This document shows positions 1 through 10,085 of a stretch of 48,583 nucleotides of DNA, piece by piece; within the stretch, counting starts at the first letter, position 1; every line of letters starts with the position of its first letter. The stretch spans positions 1 through 48,583 of the forward strand of contig JANTGP010000003.1 of assembly GCA_024762835.1 (NCBI GenBank). Direction: 5' to 3'. Both the position numbers and the translations under genes were made by a program. Under the pieces are notes generated by a model. It ran no database searches. It had not been told where the DNA came from and was given only the letters and a program-made list of their open reading frames with translations. This DNA is from Bacteroidota bacterium (lineage in GTDB: Bacteria > Bacteroidota > Bacteroidia > Bacteroidales > M50B96).

Positions 1-963
1 GTAAACTCCGGTTTATACAGCGTAACTGCCTCAAATGGTTGTGGCGAATTTACTGATACAACTGAGGTTATTTCTTTGCTTACACCAAACATAAACATTG
101 GCAACGATACATTAATTTGCTCAACAGATTCTATTCTTTTAGATGCAACAAGTGGAACGCCAAGCGAAGTCGATCTGTGGTCAACAGGCGATACAGTTAG
201 TTCAATTTGGGTAAACCTTCCTGCACAATATTTTGTAACCGTATCAAATGCCTGTGGCACTGTAAAAGATAGTATAATAATAGAAAACGATAATCCTGCA
301 ATTGTTTCACTTGCCAACGACACATTTATTTGCTTTGGTGAAAGTTTGCAAATAGCACCTGAAATAATTGGCTCAGGAAACCTGCAATGGTCAAACGGCG
401 AGACAACTCAAAATATTGAAGTAGCCACCGATGGCGAATATGTTTTAACTCTTACAAATGCTTGTGGCGATTTTTCCGATACACTAAACCTGTGGGTACA
501 GATAAACGACTTTGCCTTTTCACAAGATACAGCGTTTATTTCAAATGCCAATTACGTTCAAATAAATGTTAATCCTACTTTTGAAAGCTATCTATGGTCA
601 AACGGCAGTACATATGCCAGCACATCGGCTTATGACCTAGGCACATATTACATCACAGTAACCGACACAATGGGCTGTGCAGTAACAGATAGTATTGTTG
701 TAACGTATCATGTTTCAATATCAGAACTATCATCATTACAAAACATTAAAATCTACCCAAACCCTGTAACAAGCATTTTAACAATTAAGGGATTGCAGGG
801 TAATGAAGAGATAAAGCTTATCGATATTTTAGGTAGAGAGTTAATTACTACATGTCAGATGAATCCAATTGCTATCGACTTTGCAAACCAACCGGCAGGA
901 GTTTATTTTTTAACAATTAAAAGCAATAGCGAGATTAAAGTTTTTAAGGTGGTTAAGAGATAG
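1..963 (+). CDS. T9SS type A sorting domain protein with repeated Ig/PKD-like modules; 5' end truncated by the window
   Basis: Frame is open from base 1 (VNSGLYSVTASNGCGEFTDT...). Repeated WS(T/N)G...Y.(V/L)T....CG...D(S/T) units. C-terminal IYPNP...GVYFL...FKVVKR CTD. Confidence 0.85.
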   Translation, partial: VNSGLYSVTASNGCGEFTDTTEVISLLTPNINIGNDTLICSTDSILLDATSGTPSEVDLWSTGDTVSSIWVNLPAQYFVTVSNACGTVKDSIIIENDNPAIVSLANDTFICFGESLQIAPEIIGSGNLQWSNGETTQNIEVATDGEYVLTLTNACGDFSDTLNLWVQINDFAFSQDTAFISNANYVQINVNPTFESYLWSNGSTYASTSAYDLGTYYITVTDTMGCAVTDSIVVTYHVSISELSSLQNIKIYPNPVTSILTIKGLQGNEEIKLIDILGRELITTCQMNPIAIDFANQPAGVYFLTIKSNSEIKVFKVVKR

Positions 964-1220
964 TGTTTTCAAAAATTGATTTTTTATTAATTTATCCTTT
1001 AGTAAAAAGGCGAAGAAAAATATTAATCAATCGTAGGCTTAGAAAACCTTTTGAATTATTTTATAATTTTATAAACAAAAATGTCGCATTTGCTGGTTGA
1101 ATCTACAGGAGAAAGATATTTTGAAATTATGGTTACAAAAAAATATTTACCACATACTTTAGTTTTAAAATCAGAATAAATTATCTTTACACAAAAAATA
1201 AATACATAAACTAAATCATA

Positions 1221-1739
1221 ATGAAGACAGGTATATTTTACGGACCCGAAGGTGGTTCAACAGAAAAAGTTGCAAAGTTAATTGCAAAAGAATTTGGTGA
1301 AGACAAGGTTGATTTAATCCTTGTAAAGAACTCAAATGCAAAAGAATTAGAGAAATACGACAAAATAATCTTTGGTATTTCAACCATTGGAAAAGAAACA
1401 TGGGATGCTCACCATCCGAATAATGATTGGGATGTATTCTTTCCAAACATTTCAAATATTGATTACTCAAACAAAACTATTGCCTTATTTGGTTTAGGAG
1501 ATAGCGTTTCGTACTCAGCTTATTTTGTTGATGCATTAGGAAAATTAGGTCGTAAATTATTAGAAAAAAATGCTAAGATTGTTGGACAAGTATCTACTGA
1601 TAATTATACTTATGAACATTCTGAAGCAGAAATTGATGGTAAATTTATCGGTTTACCTATTGATGAAGATTTTGAAGATCACATGACTGAAGAAAGAGTT
1701 GAAGCATGGGTTAAAGAAATAAGACCATTCTTTGAATAA
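1221..1739 (+). CDS. fldA: Long-chain flavodoxin
   Basis: GIFYGPEGGSTEKVA FMN-binding loop, IALFGLGDS, KFIGLPIDED, TEERVEAWV. Confidence 0.92.
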   Translation: MKTGIFYGPEGGSTEKVAKLIAKEFGEDKVDLILVKNSNAKELEKYDKIIFGISTIGKETWDAHHPNNDWDVFFPNISNIDYSNKTIALFGLGDSVSYSAYFVDALGKLGRKLLEKNAKIVGQVSTDNYTYEHSEAEIDGKFIGLPIDEDFEDHMTEERVEAWVKEIRPFFE

Positions 1740-1757
1740 TTAAATAATTTACAAAAT

Positions 1758-1790
1758 AGAAGGCTGTCTTTTTTAGATAGCCTTTTTTGT
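1758..1790 (+). terminator. Rho-independent terminator after flavodoxin
   Basis: AAGGCTGTCT-TTTTT-AGATAGCCTT hairpin followed by a T tract. Confidence 0.8.
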
Positions 1791-1842
1791 TTTTATAAAA
1801 TAGGTATAAAAACTATTACTTCACACTTTTGTTTGTTACTAT

Positions 1843-4254
1843 ATGAGTGCTAACATAAATATACACAAGATATTTCTCTCAATTATATTAGTATTTGTAA
1901 TTGAATCTTTATGGGCACAAGATATTTGCAAAGTAAATGCTTACGATTTAGAAGCACATGGGAGAATTATTCATCCGGTTGAACTGCCGTCTGGTGTTTA
2001 TTTTACTGATAATTACTCATCTGCAATTTATAAACTTTCTGACAATAATATTAATAAAGTATTGGTAGCAGAAAATTGCGGTTTATTTAATAGTTTTTCT
2101 GAGGATGGTAAAAAAATAGCTTTTAAAAAATTCTCTCCTTCAGGAAAACAAGCCCCGGCAATTCTTAATTTATCATCAAATAATGTTGAAATTTTGCATC
2201 CTTTCACGATGCAATGTGGCCAACCGGTTTTCTATGACAAGGGTAAAATTGCTTTTACAATTGCCGACACTCTTTTCCTGCAAAAAGCAAAATATGTCTT
2301 AGGAGTATATTCAAATATAATTGCTATCAGTCCTGACTCAAAGATTGTTGCATACTCAGATAGTAATCAGCAAATGTTTATTTACAATATGGCTACTCAA
2401 TCATCAAAACAGATCAGCTGTAATTCAACATCTTTTCTTTACCCTCAATGGTCGCCTGATGGTGAAAAGCTTAGCTACTCATCAATTGATGGCAGATTAT
2501 TTATTTATAGCTTACTGCAAGATACAACTATTGAATTAGCTTACGGAGGAAATCTCAAATGGTTCTCGAATTCTAATTTTGTTCTTTTTGAGCGTTCGCA
2601 TTTAAAAGAGTTTCAGTCATCCACTTCTGACTTGTATATTTCTGACTGGAAAGGTAAGAATATAAGCGTATTGTCAAACAATATTAATATTGATGAGTGT
2701 CAGGCATCAATAATATCCGGATCTGAAATTATATTTGCAAATCAAAGTAAACTTGAAATTTATAAAGCAGAGATTGATTTTTCATCATTCTCATTAGTAA
2801 ACCTCAGATTGATATATTCCCAGTCCCAGGCTTTGGATATTAGCTTTTACGATACAAAGAAATTTGCCAACACAAGAAGTATAGTTGATATTGGTTTCAT
2901 CCCTTACGTTCATCAGGTGTATGATACCCCCGATTTTCATGATGGCAGTGGCTCTTGTGGCCCAACAACTGCAGTAATGAATATAGCATATTATAATATT
3001 CTTCCACCATGGCCCACCGAAGTTAATAAGCTTTATACTCATTGGAACAGTTACGGGTCGTACGTGGCCGATCGCTATCATTATAACGAGTTTTACTACG
3101 ATACCTATACTAGTCCTTACGGTTCTGATTCGTGGGGAGCATATTCATTTATGTGGAGTACAGCTTCGCCAAGCTCTACCTTGAAGAACTATTATCAGCA
3201 ACATGGTTTTGATGCAAATCAGTCATGGACATATAATTGCAGTTTTGATGATACAAAGGCTGAAATTGACAGCGGCTTTCCTCACACAATTTGTCATTAT
3301 ATGACCACGGCAGGACATATTACACTTGCAAAGGGATACATCGAAGGGCAACATACACTCATGTTTCACGACCCTTTTGGTGATAAAAATACAGCAGGCT
3401 ACCCAAGTTATGACGGGCAAAATGTTTTTTACGATTGGCCGGGTTATAATAATGGCTTTCAAAACCTTGACCCTGATGGAAGTCATGGGGGAGTGGCATG
3501 GACAGTAACAAGTCATTTGACCCATCCTGTGTATAACGATACTATTATTAACGACCAGTCATTTGGTCATGGTTTTTATATGTTTAATAAACTTCCATCG
3601 CATCAAGGGTATTATCGCGACCAACTTGACGGTTACGGTGGTCATTCTTGGTGGACTTCCACCATTAATTCAATCAACGATGTCTGTTATGTAACTTGGC
3701 AACCAACATTGCCTGATAGCGGTTTGTATGAAGTCGCAGCTTTTATTCCTGCAAACTACTCAAATGCTAATTCGTCATATTACCGGATTCATTATTCCGG
3801 AATTGATACTACGGTTATTATAAATCAGTCTGCCTATTCTGATGAGTGGGTTTTACTTGGTTATTTTAATCTTAACCCAAATGACTCTTGCAGTGTTTAT
3901 CTTGGCGATAATACGGGAATTTATGGTGAGTATATGGCTTTTGATGCTATGCGTTTTAGCAGGGAGTTTCTTGTTGGGATAAAAGAGAATTACAAAGTTC
4001 ACGAAAAGTTAAAAGTATATCCCAATCCTGCTAATGATATGTTTACAGTATCAATGCCGCATAGTAATTCCGAAAGCAGAAGGTTGATAATTAATACAAT
4101 AAACGCTAAGATTGTTAAAATAATAAATGTTCCGCCTGGGATAAATGAATATTCATTGTCGGCAAAATCATTACATCTTTCACAGGGCAATTACCTTATT
4201 CGATTAGAAAGTAGTTCGCAAATATTTAAACAAAGATTAAGCATAATAGAGTAA
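1843..4254 (+). CDS. T9SS-secreted protein: TolB-like beta-propeller + C39-like cysteine peptidase domain + golvesin/Xly C-terminal-like beta-sandwich + CTD
   Basis: Signal peptide; SPDSK and PQWSPDGEK propeller repeats; PYVHQ...SCGPTTAVM...GHITLAKGY...FHDPFG (Q-C-H-D); GLYEVAAF...INQS...WVLLGYF...FDAMRF; VYPNPAND CTD. Confidence 0.75.
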   Translation: MSANINIHKIFLSIILVFVIESLWAQDICKVNAYDLEAHGRIIHPVELPSGVYFTDNYSSAIYKLSDNNINKVLVAENCGLFNSFSEDGKKIAFKKFSPSGKQAPAILNLSSNNVEILHPFTMQCGQPVFYDKGKIAFTIADTLFLQKAKYVLGVYSNIIAISPDSKIVAYSDSNQQMFIYNMATQSSKQISCNSTSFLYPQWSPDGEKLSYSSIDGRLFIYSLLQDTTIELAYGGNLKWFSNSNFVLFERSHLKEFQSSTSDLYISDWKGKNISVLSNNINIDECQASIISGSEIIFANQSKLEIYKAEIDFSSFSLVNLRLIYSQSQALDISFYDTKKFANTRSIVDIGFIPYVHQVYDTPDFHDGSGSCGPTTAVMNIAYYNILPPWPTEVNKLYTHWNSYGSYVADRYHYNEFYYDTYTSPYGSDSWGAYSFMWSTASPSSTLKNYYQQHGFDANQSWTYNCSFDDTKAEIDSGFPHTICHYMTTAGHITLAKGYIEGQHTLMFHDPFGDKNTAGYPSYDGQNVFYDWPGYNNGFQNLDPDGSHGGVAWTVTSHLTHPVYNDTIINDQSFGHGFYMFNKLPSHQGYYRDQLDGYGGHSWWTSTINSINDVCYVTWQPTLPDSGLYEVAAFIPANYSNANSSYYRIHYSGIDTTVIINQSAYSDEWVLLGYFNLNPNDSCSVYLGDNTGIYGEYMAFDAMRFSREFLVGIKENYKVHEKLKVYPNPANDMFTVSMPHSNSESRRLIINTINAKIVKIINVPPGINEYSLSAKSLHLSQGNYLIRLESSSQIFKQRLSIIE

Positions 4255-4361
4255 AAAATATTTTCTGTTTTTACTTTGAAAAGACACAATTAATTCAATA
4301 AATTTGAGTACTTTTAAAACACGAAATTAAGCTTATTTTAAACTATAAATATCAATATATT

Positions 4362-5384
4362 ATGAACAATACAGACTGGGGAAATTTGCCATTTGGTTAT
4401 ATGAAAACCAACTATAATGTGCGTTGCTATTTTAGAAATGGTAAATGGGGTGAATTGGAAATATCCTCTTCCGAAACAATTAATATTCACATGGCAGCTA
4501 CAAGCTTGCATTATGGACAGGAAGCTTTTGAAGGAGCTAAAGCATTTATGGGAAAAGACGGGAAAGTTCGATTATTCCGTTGGGAAGAAAATGCAAAGCG
4601 ATTAAGAAATTCTGCAAAAGGAATTATGATGGCTGAAGTGCCTGATGATTTATACTTTAGTGCAGTTAAAAAGGTAATTGAGTTGAATAAAGAATTTGTT
4701 CCTCCTTACGGTTCGGGAGCATCATTATACATTAGGCCTTTGTTAATTGGTACAGGAGCTCAGGTTGGTGTTAAACCTGCTGACGAATATTTATTTATGA
4801 TCTTTGTTTCTCCAGTTGGTCCTTATTTTAAATCAGGTTTTAAACCTGTTAATATGATGATTTGTCGCTCGTTTGATCGTGCTGCACCTCTTGGAACGGG
4901 GCATATTAAAGTAGGAGGTAATTATGCCGCCAGTCTTCAATCCTTAAAAAAAGGTCATGATGGAGGTTTTGCTTCTGTTATTTATCTTGATGCAAAGCAT
5001 AAAGAGTATATTGACGAATGTGGTCCCGCAAACTTCTTTGCAATCAAGGATAACACATATTTTACACCTGAGTCAAGTTCTATTCTTCCTTCTATTACAA
5101 ATATGAGTTTAATACAGGTAGCTGAAGATTTAGGTTATGAAACTTTACGCAGACCTATTCATATTGATGAGTTAAGTGACTTTGATGAAGCCGGAGCTTG
5201 TGGTACAGCTGCTGTTATCACACCAATTGCTAAAATTGTCGATGAGATTGAAAATAAAACTTACGAGTTTTCAACAGATGGTAAACCGGGAAAAATATCT
5301 ACCAAACTTTATAAAAGATTACAAGCAATACAAACAGGTGATGTGCCTGACGAACATAATTGGGTTGAATTATTGGATATCTAA
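4362..5384 (+). CDS. ilvE: Branched-chain amino acid aminotransferase
   Basis: LHYGQEAFEGAKA, LYIRP, KVGGNYAAS (PLP lysine), ILPSIT, CGTAAVITPI. Confidence 0.96.
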   Translation: MNNTDWGNLPFGYMKTNYNVRCYFRNGKWGELEISSSETINIHMAATSLHYGQEAFEGAKAFMGKDGKVRLFRWEENAKRLRNSAKGIMMAEVPDDLYFSAVKKVIELNKEFVPPYGSGASLYIRPLLIGTGAQVGVKPADEYLFMIFVSPVGPYFKSGFKPVNMMICRSFDRAAPLGTGHIKVGGNYAASLQSLKKGHDGGFASVIYLDAKHKEYIDECGPANFFAIKDNTYFTPESSSILPSITNMSLIQVAEDLGYETLRRPIHIDELSDFDEAGACGTAAVITPIAKIVDEIENKTYEFSTDGKPGKISTKLYKRLQAIQTGDVPDEHNWVELLDI

Positions 5385-5415
5385 TCTGTGTAATATTATT
5401 AGAAATCCCCTAAAG

Positions 5416-5449
5416 AAAAGCCTGTATTGTTACTCAATCAGGCTTTTTT
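5416..5449. terminator. Probable bidirectional terminator between convergent ilvE and rnc
   Basis: AAAAGCCTG-T-ATTG-TTACT-CAAT-CAGGCTTTT(TT) hairpin with A and T tracts. Confidence 0.7.
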
Positions 5450-6179
5450 GTTTTGTATAAATTACTTTCAAAGAAAGAAGAGCCTGTCCGGCTGCATTCT
5501 GTTCGGCTTCCTTTTTTGACTTCCCTTCGCCAAAGCCTGCAATTTCCTTTTCTATTCTGATGTAGGAGATAAACACTTCTTTATTTAGTGGATTATTATC
5601 GGTATCAATTGAAAGTTCTTTCTTATATTTCTGGGTCCACTCAATTAGTTGACTTTTGTAATTTGTGTTTGTTTTAACAAGTAAATCAAGGTCAACATGT
5701 TTGGCTATAAGGACATTAATGATATATTTGCGAGTAAACTCATAACCACGGTCGAAATATACTGCTCCAATAAATGCTTCGAGAGCATCACCATAAATGT
5801 GTTTTTTATTATTGTTATTATCAAGATGAGAGATTAATAATTTGTTAAGACCAATTTCTTTAGCAAGAGAATTCAGAAAATCGCGTTTAACAATTTTCGA
5901 ACGCATTTGCGTCAAGAAACCTTCGTTCTCATTTGGATATTTTGTAAAAAGGAAATCGGCGATTACAGAACCTAATATAGCATCACCTAAAAACTCTAGT
6001 CTTTCATTATTAATAAGAGTACCATCTTCGGTTTTTATTGAGGCAGAACGGTGTGTTAAAGCTATCTGGAATATTTTTTGATTATTTGGAGAAACACCTA
6101 ATTCAGACCTTATCTGATGATATATTTTTCTATTCTTTAGAAATAAATATTTTACCGGCCGTAAAAGTGATTTAATCAC
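5430..6179 (-). CDS. rnc: Ribonuclease III
   Basis: ALTHRS, NERLEFLGDAIL signature, dsRBD NYKSQL...SKKEAEQNAA. Confidence 0.97.
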   Translation of the reverse strand: MIKSLLRPVKYLFLKNRKIYHQIRSELGVSPNNQKIFQIALTHRSASIKTEDGTLINNERLEFLGDAILGSVIADFLFTKYPNENEGFLTQMRSKIVKRDFLNSLAKEIGLNKLLISHLDNNNNKKHIYGDALEAFIGAVYFDRGYEFTRKYIINVLIAKHVDLDLLVKTNTNYKSQLIEWTQKYKKELSIDTDNNPLNKEVFISYIRIEKEIAGFGEGKSKKEAEQNAAGQALLSLKVIYTKQKSLIE

Positions 6180-6184
6180 AAAAT

Positions 6185-7438
6185 TTATTCAGTAAATTTT
6201 TTAAAAATAATTGAAGCATTATGTCCACCAAAACCAAAGGTATTGCTAATTGCAATATTAATTTCTCTTGCTTGAGCCTTGTCAAAGGTGAAGTTAAGAT
6301 TATAATCAATATTTGGATCAGGTTCTTTAAAATTAATAGTTGGTGGAACCAAGTTGTTATTTATTGCTAAAATAGAAGCAATAGACTCAACTGCACCTGC
6401 CGCACCAAGAAGGTGTCCGTGCATTGATTTTGTTGAACTGATATTTAATTTAAATGCATGTTCGCCAAATACAGTTTTAATTGCTTTTACTTCAGAAATA
6501 TCACCTAAAGGAGTAGATGTTCCATGTACATTTACATAATCAACTTTATTTGGGGATATTCCGGCATCTTTAATTGCTCGTTGCATTACAAGCGAAGCAC
6601 CTAAACCATCAGGATGGGGTGCTGTTAAGTGATGAGCATCACCGGACATTCCTGCACCAACTATTTCGGCATATATTTTTGCTCCGCGGGCTTTGGCATG
6701 TTCATACTCTTCTAAAACAAGAGCACCTGCTCCTTCACCCATCACAAAACCATCTCGTGTTACATCAAATGGTCTTGAAGCAGTTTTATATTCATCGTTT
6801 TTTGTAGAAATAGCACGCATTGCATTGAAACCACCAACTCCAACAGGATTTAAAGCAGCCTCGGAACCACCGGTTATAAAACCAATTGCCATTCCTAAGC
6901 GAATATAGTTATAGGAATCGATAATTGCATTACTGGATGAAGCACATGCTGAGACTGTTGCGAAGTTAGGTCCTCTGAGACCGAGTCTCATAGAGATATG
7001 TCCTGCTGCAATATCAGCAATCATTTTAGGAATAAAGAAAGGGTTAAATTTTGGCATTCTGTTATTATCGGCAAACGAAGCAGCTTCTTCTAAAAATGTT
7101 TCAGCTCCTCCAATACCCGAACCCCAAATAACACCAATCTCATTTCTGTCAACCTCATTTAGCTCTATCCCCGAATCAAGCAATGCCTGATCGGATGCAA
7201 CTATTGCATACTGTGCGTAAGGGTCAAGCTTTCTGCGTTCTTTTCTATTGATGAAATCATCAATGTTGAAATTTTTTAATTCGCAGCCGAATTTTGTTTT
7301 GAAATTTGTGGCATCAAAACGAGTAAGTAGGCCGGAACCACTTACTCCATTAGAAAGTCCTTGCCAATATTCATCAACGTTATTGCCTAAAGGGGTAAGA
7401 GCTCCCAAACCTGTTACTACTACTCGTTTTAATTCCAT
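6185..7438 (-). CDS. fabF: Beta-ketoacyl-ACP synthase II
   Basis: RVVVTGLG, SACASS catalytic Cys, NVHGTST, GHLLGAAG, SNTFGFGGHN. Confidence 0.97.
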   Translation of the reverse strand: MELKRVVVTGLGALTPLGNNVDEYWQGLSNGVSGSGLLTRFDATNFKTKFGCELKNFNIDDFINRKERRKLDPYAQYAIVASDQALLDSGIELNEVDRNEIGVIWGSGIGGAETFLEEAASFADNNRMPKFNPFFIPKMIADIAAGHISMRLGLRGPNFATVSACASSSNAIIDSYNYIRLGMAIGFITGGSEAALNPVGVGGFNAMRAISTKNDEYKTASRPFDVTRDGFVMGEGAGALVLEEYEHAKARGAKIYAEIVGAGMSGDAHHLTAPHPDGLGASLVMQRAIKDAGISPNKVDYVNVHGTSTPLGDISEVKAIKTVFGEHAFKLNISSTKSMHGHLLGAAGAVESIASILAINNNLVPPTINFKEPDPNIDYNLNFTFDKAQAREINIAISNTFGFGGHNASIIFKKFTE

Positions 7439-7456
7439 AATAAAATAATCTTTAAA

Positions 7457-7693
7457 TTATTTCAATTCTTTTTCAATAAAAGATACTGCATCTCCTACAG
7501 TTCCAATACTTTCGGCTAATTCGTCAGGAATAGAAATATCAAATTCCTTTTCAAATTCCATGATTAATTCTACTGTATCCAGAGAATCCGCTCCAAGATC
7601 ATTTGTAAAACTTGCTTCTTGTGTTACTTCATCTTCTTCAACTCCTAGTTTATCAACTATGATAGCCTTTACTTTTTGTTCAATATCAGACAT
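7457..7693 (-). CDS. acpP: Acyl carrier protein
   Basis: [20 protein letters not shown] phosphopantetheine motif. Confidence 0.98.
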   Translation of the reverse strand: MSDIEQKVKAIIVDKLGVEEDEVTQEASFTNDLGADSLDTVELIMEFEKEFDISIPDELAESIGTVGDAVSFIEKELK

Positions 7694-7936
7694 GAGTTTT
7701 AAAATTAATTATTATTAAACAATTTTCAACCATACAAAGAAATGAATAAACCAATAATTTACAAAAATTAAATTAGTTTTCTTATTAATGTATTGAGTTT
7801 TTATACCTATATCATATTAGTACAGACTCTTAAAAATGCTTGATATTTCTATGAATACACTATTTTTTATCTTTAATTTGAAGGATAAATTTAATATGAT
7901 AAATTTGTAGTGTACAATATGAAATAAATTAAATAA

Positions 7937-8512
7937 ATGAAGAAAATTGCAATTTTTGCTTCCGGGGCAGGAACAAATGCTCAAAACATATATGATCATT
8001 TTCGTAATAACTCAGGGATTGAAGTAAGTCTAATATTATGTAATAACCCTGATGCATATGTTTTAAGTAGAGCAAACGAAATAAATGTGCCTTCGATATT
8101 ATTTGACAGAAAACAGTTTTACAGTACAGATGTGGTGTTAAATGCTCTAAAAAGCAAAGAGATTGATTTGATTGTACTTGCAGGTTTTTTATGGCTGATC
8201 CCCGAAAACATATTAAGAAATTATACTGATAAGATTGTGAATATTCATCCTGCATTGCTTCCAAAATATGGTGGTAAAGGTATGTATGGCAATAATGTTC
8301 ACAAACAAGTAGTTAAGAATAATGAGAAACAATCGGGGATTACTATTCATTATGTAAATGAAAAATATGATGAGGGTAAAATAATTTTTCAGGCTTTTTG
8401 CGATTTATCAGCAGATGATAAACCCGAAGATGTTGCAAATAAAGTACATAAGCTTGAGTATTTACATTACCCCAAAATTATTGAAAGTATTTTACAAACG
8501 AAGAATAATTAA
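7937..8512 (+). CDS. purN: Phosphoribosylglycinamide formyltransferase
   Basis: IAIFASGAGTN, VLAGF, NIHPALLPKYGG, GITIHYV...YDEG. Confidence 0.96.
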   Translation: MKKIAIFASGAGTNAQNIYDHFRNNSGIEVSLILCNNPDAYVLSRANEINVPSILFDRKQFYSTDVVLNALKSKEIDLIVLAGFLWLIPENILRNYTDKIVNIHPALLPKYGGKGMYGNNVHKQVVKNNEKQSGITIHYVNEKYDEGKIIFQAFCDLSADDKPEDVANKVHKLEYLHYPKIIESILQTKNN

Positions 8513-8515
8513 AAA

Positions 8516-9211
8516 ATGGGAATTAGAAAATACATATTGAGTCTTGCTGTTGTTTTGTTCTGCCTTAGCATGGCGCATGCACAAAACGATAGTATTAGAT
8601 TAGTAAAATACACACCCGACTTTAAGTTTAATGACGGAATATTTTTAAATTTCAATCAGGTACTTAATAATAGTGCTATAGATAAATCGAAAATTGAAAC
8701 TAAAGAAGATTTGAATAGCATAGATTTTTTTAAAAATATTTTATCTGCAAAAACAATTATTCTTTATGATGCTAATGGTATGAAACGTGAAATACCCGTA
8801 AGCGATATTTGGGGTTACAGTAATCAGGGTGTTTTATATATTCAATATAATGATGAGTTTAGTAGAGTCCCCATTGTTGGAAGTCTTTCGCATTTTGTTA
8901 TGAATGTTACGGTACAAGAAAGTCGATTTGCTGACCCTTTTAATCCTTATTACAACCCGTATTTATACGACCCTATGCAGCAAGGCGGAAGATATTCATC
9001 AACTGAGCTTAGGCAATATATAATAGATTTTAAAACAGGCAATATCGTAGATTTTAGCAAAGCTAATCTTAAAATATTATTGATGCAAGATGCTGAGCTA
9101 TATGAAGAATACAATAATTTGAGCCGTCGAAAACAACGGAAAATGATTTTTTTCTTTTTAAGACGATTTAACGATAGAAATCCTTTACTTATACCCGTTC
9201 ATGAAAAATAA
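8516..9211 (+). CDS. Exported hypothetical protein
   Basis: 231 aa ORF with signal peptide (AHA-Q), 3 bp after purN; no family recognised. Confidence 0.75.
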   Translation: MGIRKYILSLAVVLFCLSMAHAQNDSIRLVKYTPDFKFNDGIFLNFNQVLNNSAIDKSKIETKEDLNSIDFFKNILSAKTIILYDANGMKREIPVSDIWGYSNQGVLYIQYNDEFSRVPIVGSLSHFVMNVTVQESRFADPFNPYYNPYLYDPMQQGGRYSSTELRQYIIDFKTGNIVDFSKANLKILLMQDAELYEEYNNLSRRKQRKMIFFFLRRFNDRNPLLIPVHEK

Positions 9212-10055
9212 ATTAGGGCTTACATATTTCATTGTCATTTTCTTTTCTTTTACTGCTTTGTCGCAAAGTTTACCTGATAAAGAAATTGTAAAGGCATTTT
9301 TAAAATCAAAAACCTATATTGTATTTGATGTTGGAATGTTTAGTTCGTATAATTTTTATATTAAGGATGTAATTGAGAAGGAATGGACTGTTACGCCATT
9401 TGAATTTATTTCGTATAGCGAGTTTGACAGTAAAAGAAAGGAAAGTAAGAGTAGTTTTTTGGTTTTAACTGATGTTGTTTTTACAGGAGACAAATCGCAA
9501 ACCGTTTATAATTTCCTTAATCTGGTTTTAGGAGGAAACTATCAATCAATTGATAATATGCCGGATATTATTAATTTTCCTCTTTCAGTTTCGGGGCAAG
9601 ATGAAGATTTATATGTGTATAAACTAAGTTCAATTATTAGATTTATTCAGAATCATGTATTAATGCTTAAGCAGCAACCTGAGCTGTGTGGTAAAAATAT
9701 TGAGGAAATATATCGAATAAAAAAAACAGGATTTGATGATAAAACATTTTATTTCTTAAAAGATGAACTTGCCCCCGAAATTAACTCAGTTAATAATATA
9801 AAAAGTTTTTTCCCTTATTCTGTGAAAATAACCGGTAAAGAAGAAATTGAAAAAGCAATTACAGAAAGGGCTAAGAATGTGATTTTTTTACATAAGGTGG
9901 GTAGTAGTGAGAAAAGTGGCAATAAACAATGTTTCGTAATCCTTTTGGGTGCAGACGACTCTGATATTTATTTTTATAGCCACCACAAGATTAGCAAAAG
10001 AGAAGGTGATTTTTTGACAAAGAAAGAATTATTAAAGATTGCCCATGTAAGATAG
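9201..10055 (+). CDS. Exported hypothetical protein
   Basis: 284 aa ORF with signal peptide (ALS-Q) overlapping the upstream stop; no family recognised. Confidence 0.75.
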   Translation: MKNKLGLTYFIVIFFSFTALSQSLPDKEIVKAFLKSKTYIVFDVGMFSSYNFYIKDVIEKEWTVTPFEFISYSEFDSKRKESKSSFLVLTDVVFTGDKSQTVYNFLNLVLGGNYQSIDNMPDIINFPLSVSGQDEDLYVYKLSSIIRFIQNHVLMLKQQPELCGKNIEEIYRIKKTGFDDKTFYFLKDELAPEINSVNNIKSFFPYSVKITGKEEIEKAITERAKNVIFLHKVGSSEKSGNKQCFVILLGADDSDIYFYSHHKISKREGDFLTKKELLKIAHVR

Positions 10056-10085
10056 GTATGATTTTAATATTAATATAAAAATACG

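Noticed and set aside
1081-1179. 32-codon ORF MSHLLVESTGERYF... upstream of flavodoxin
   Set aside because: Short, with no recognisable motif, and it abuts the likely flavodoxin promoter.
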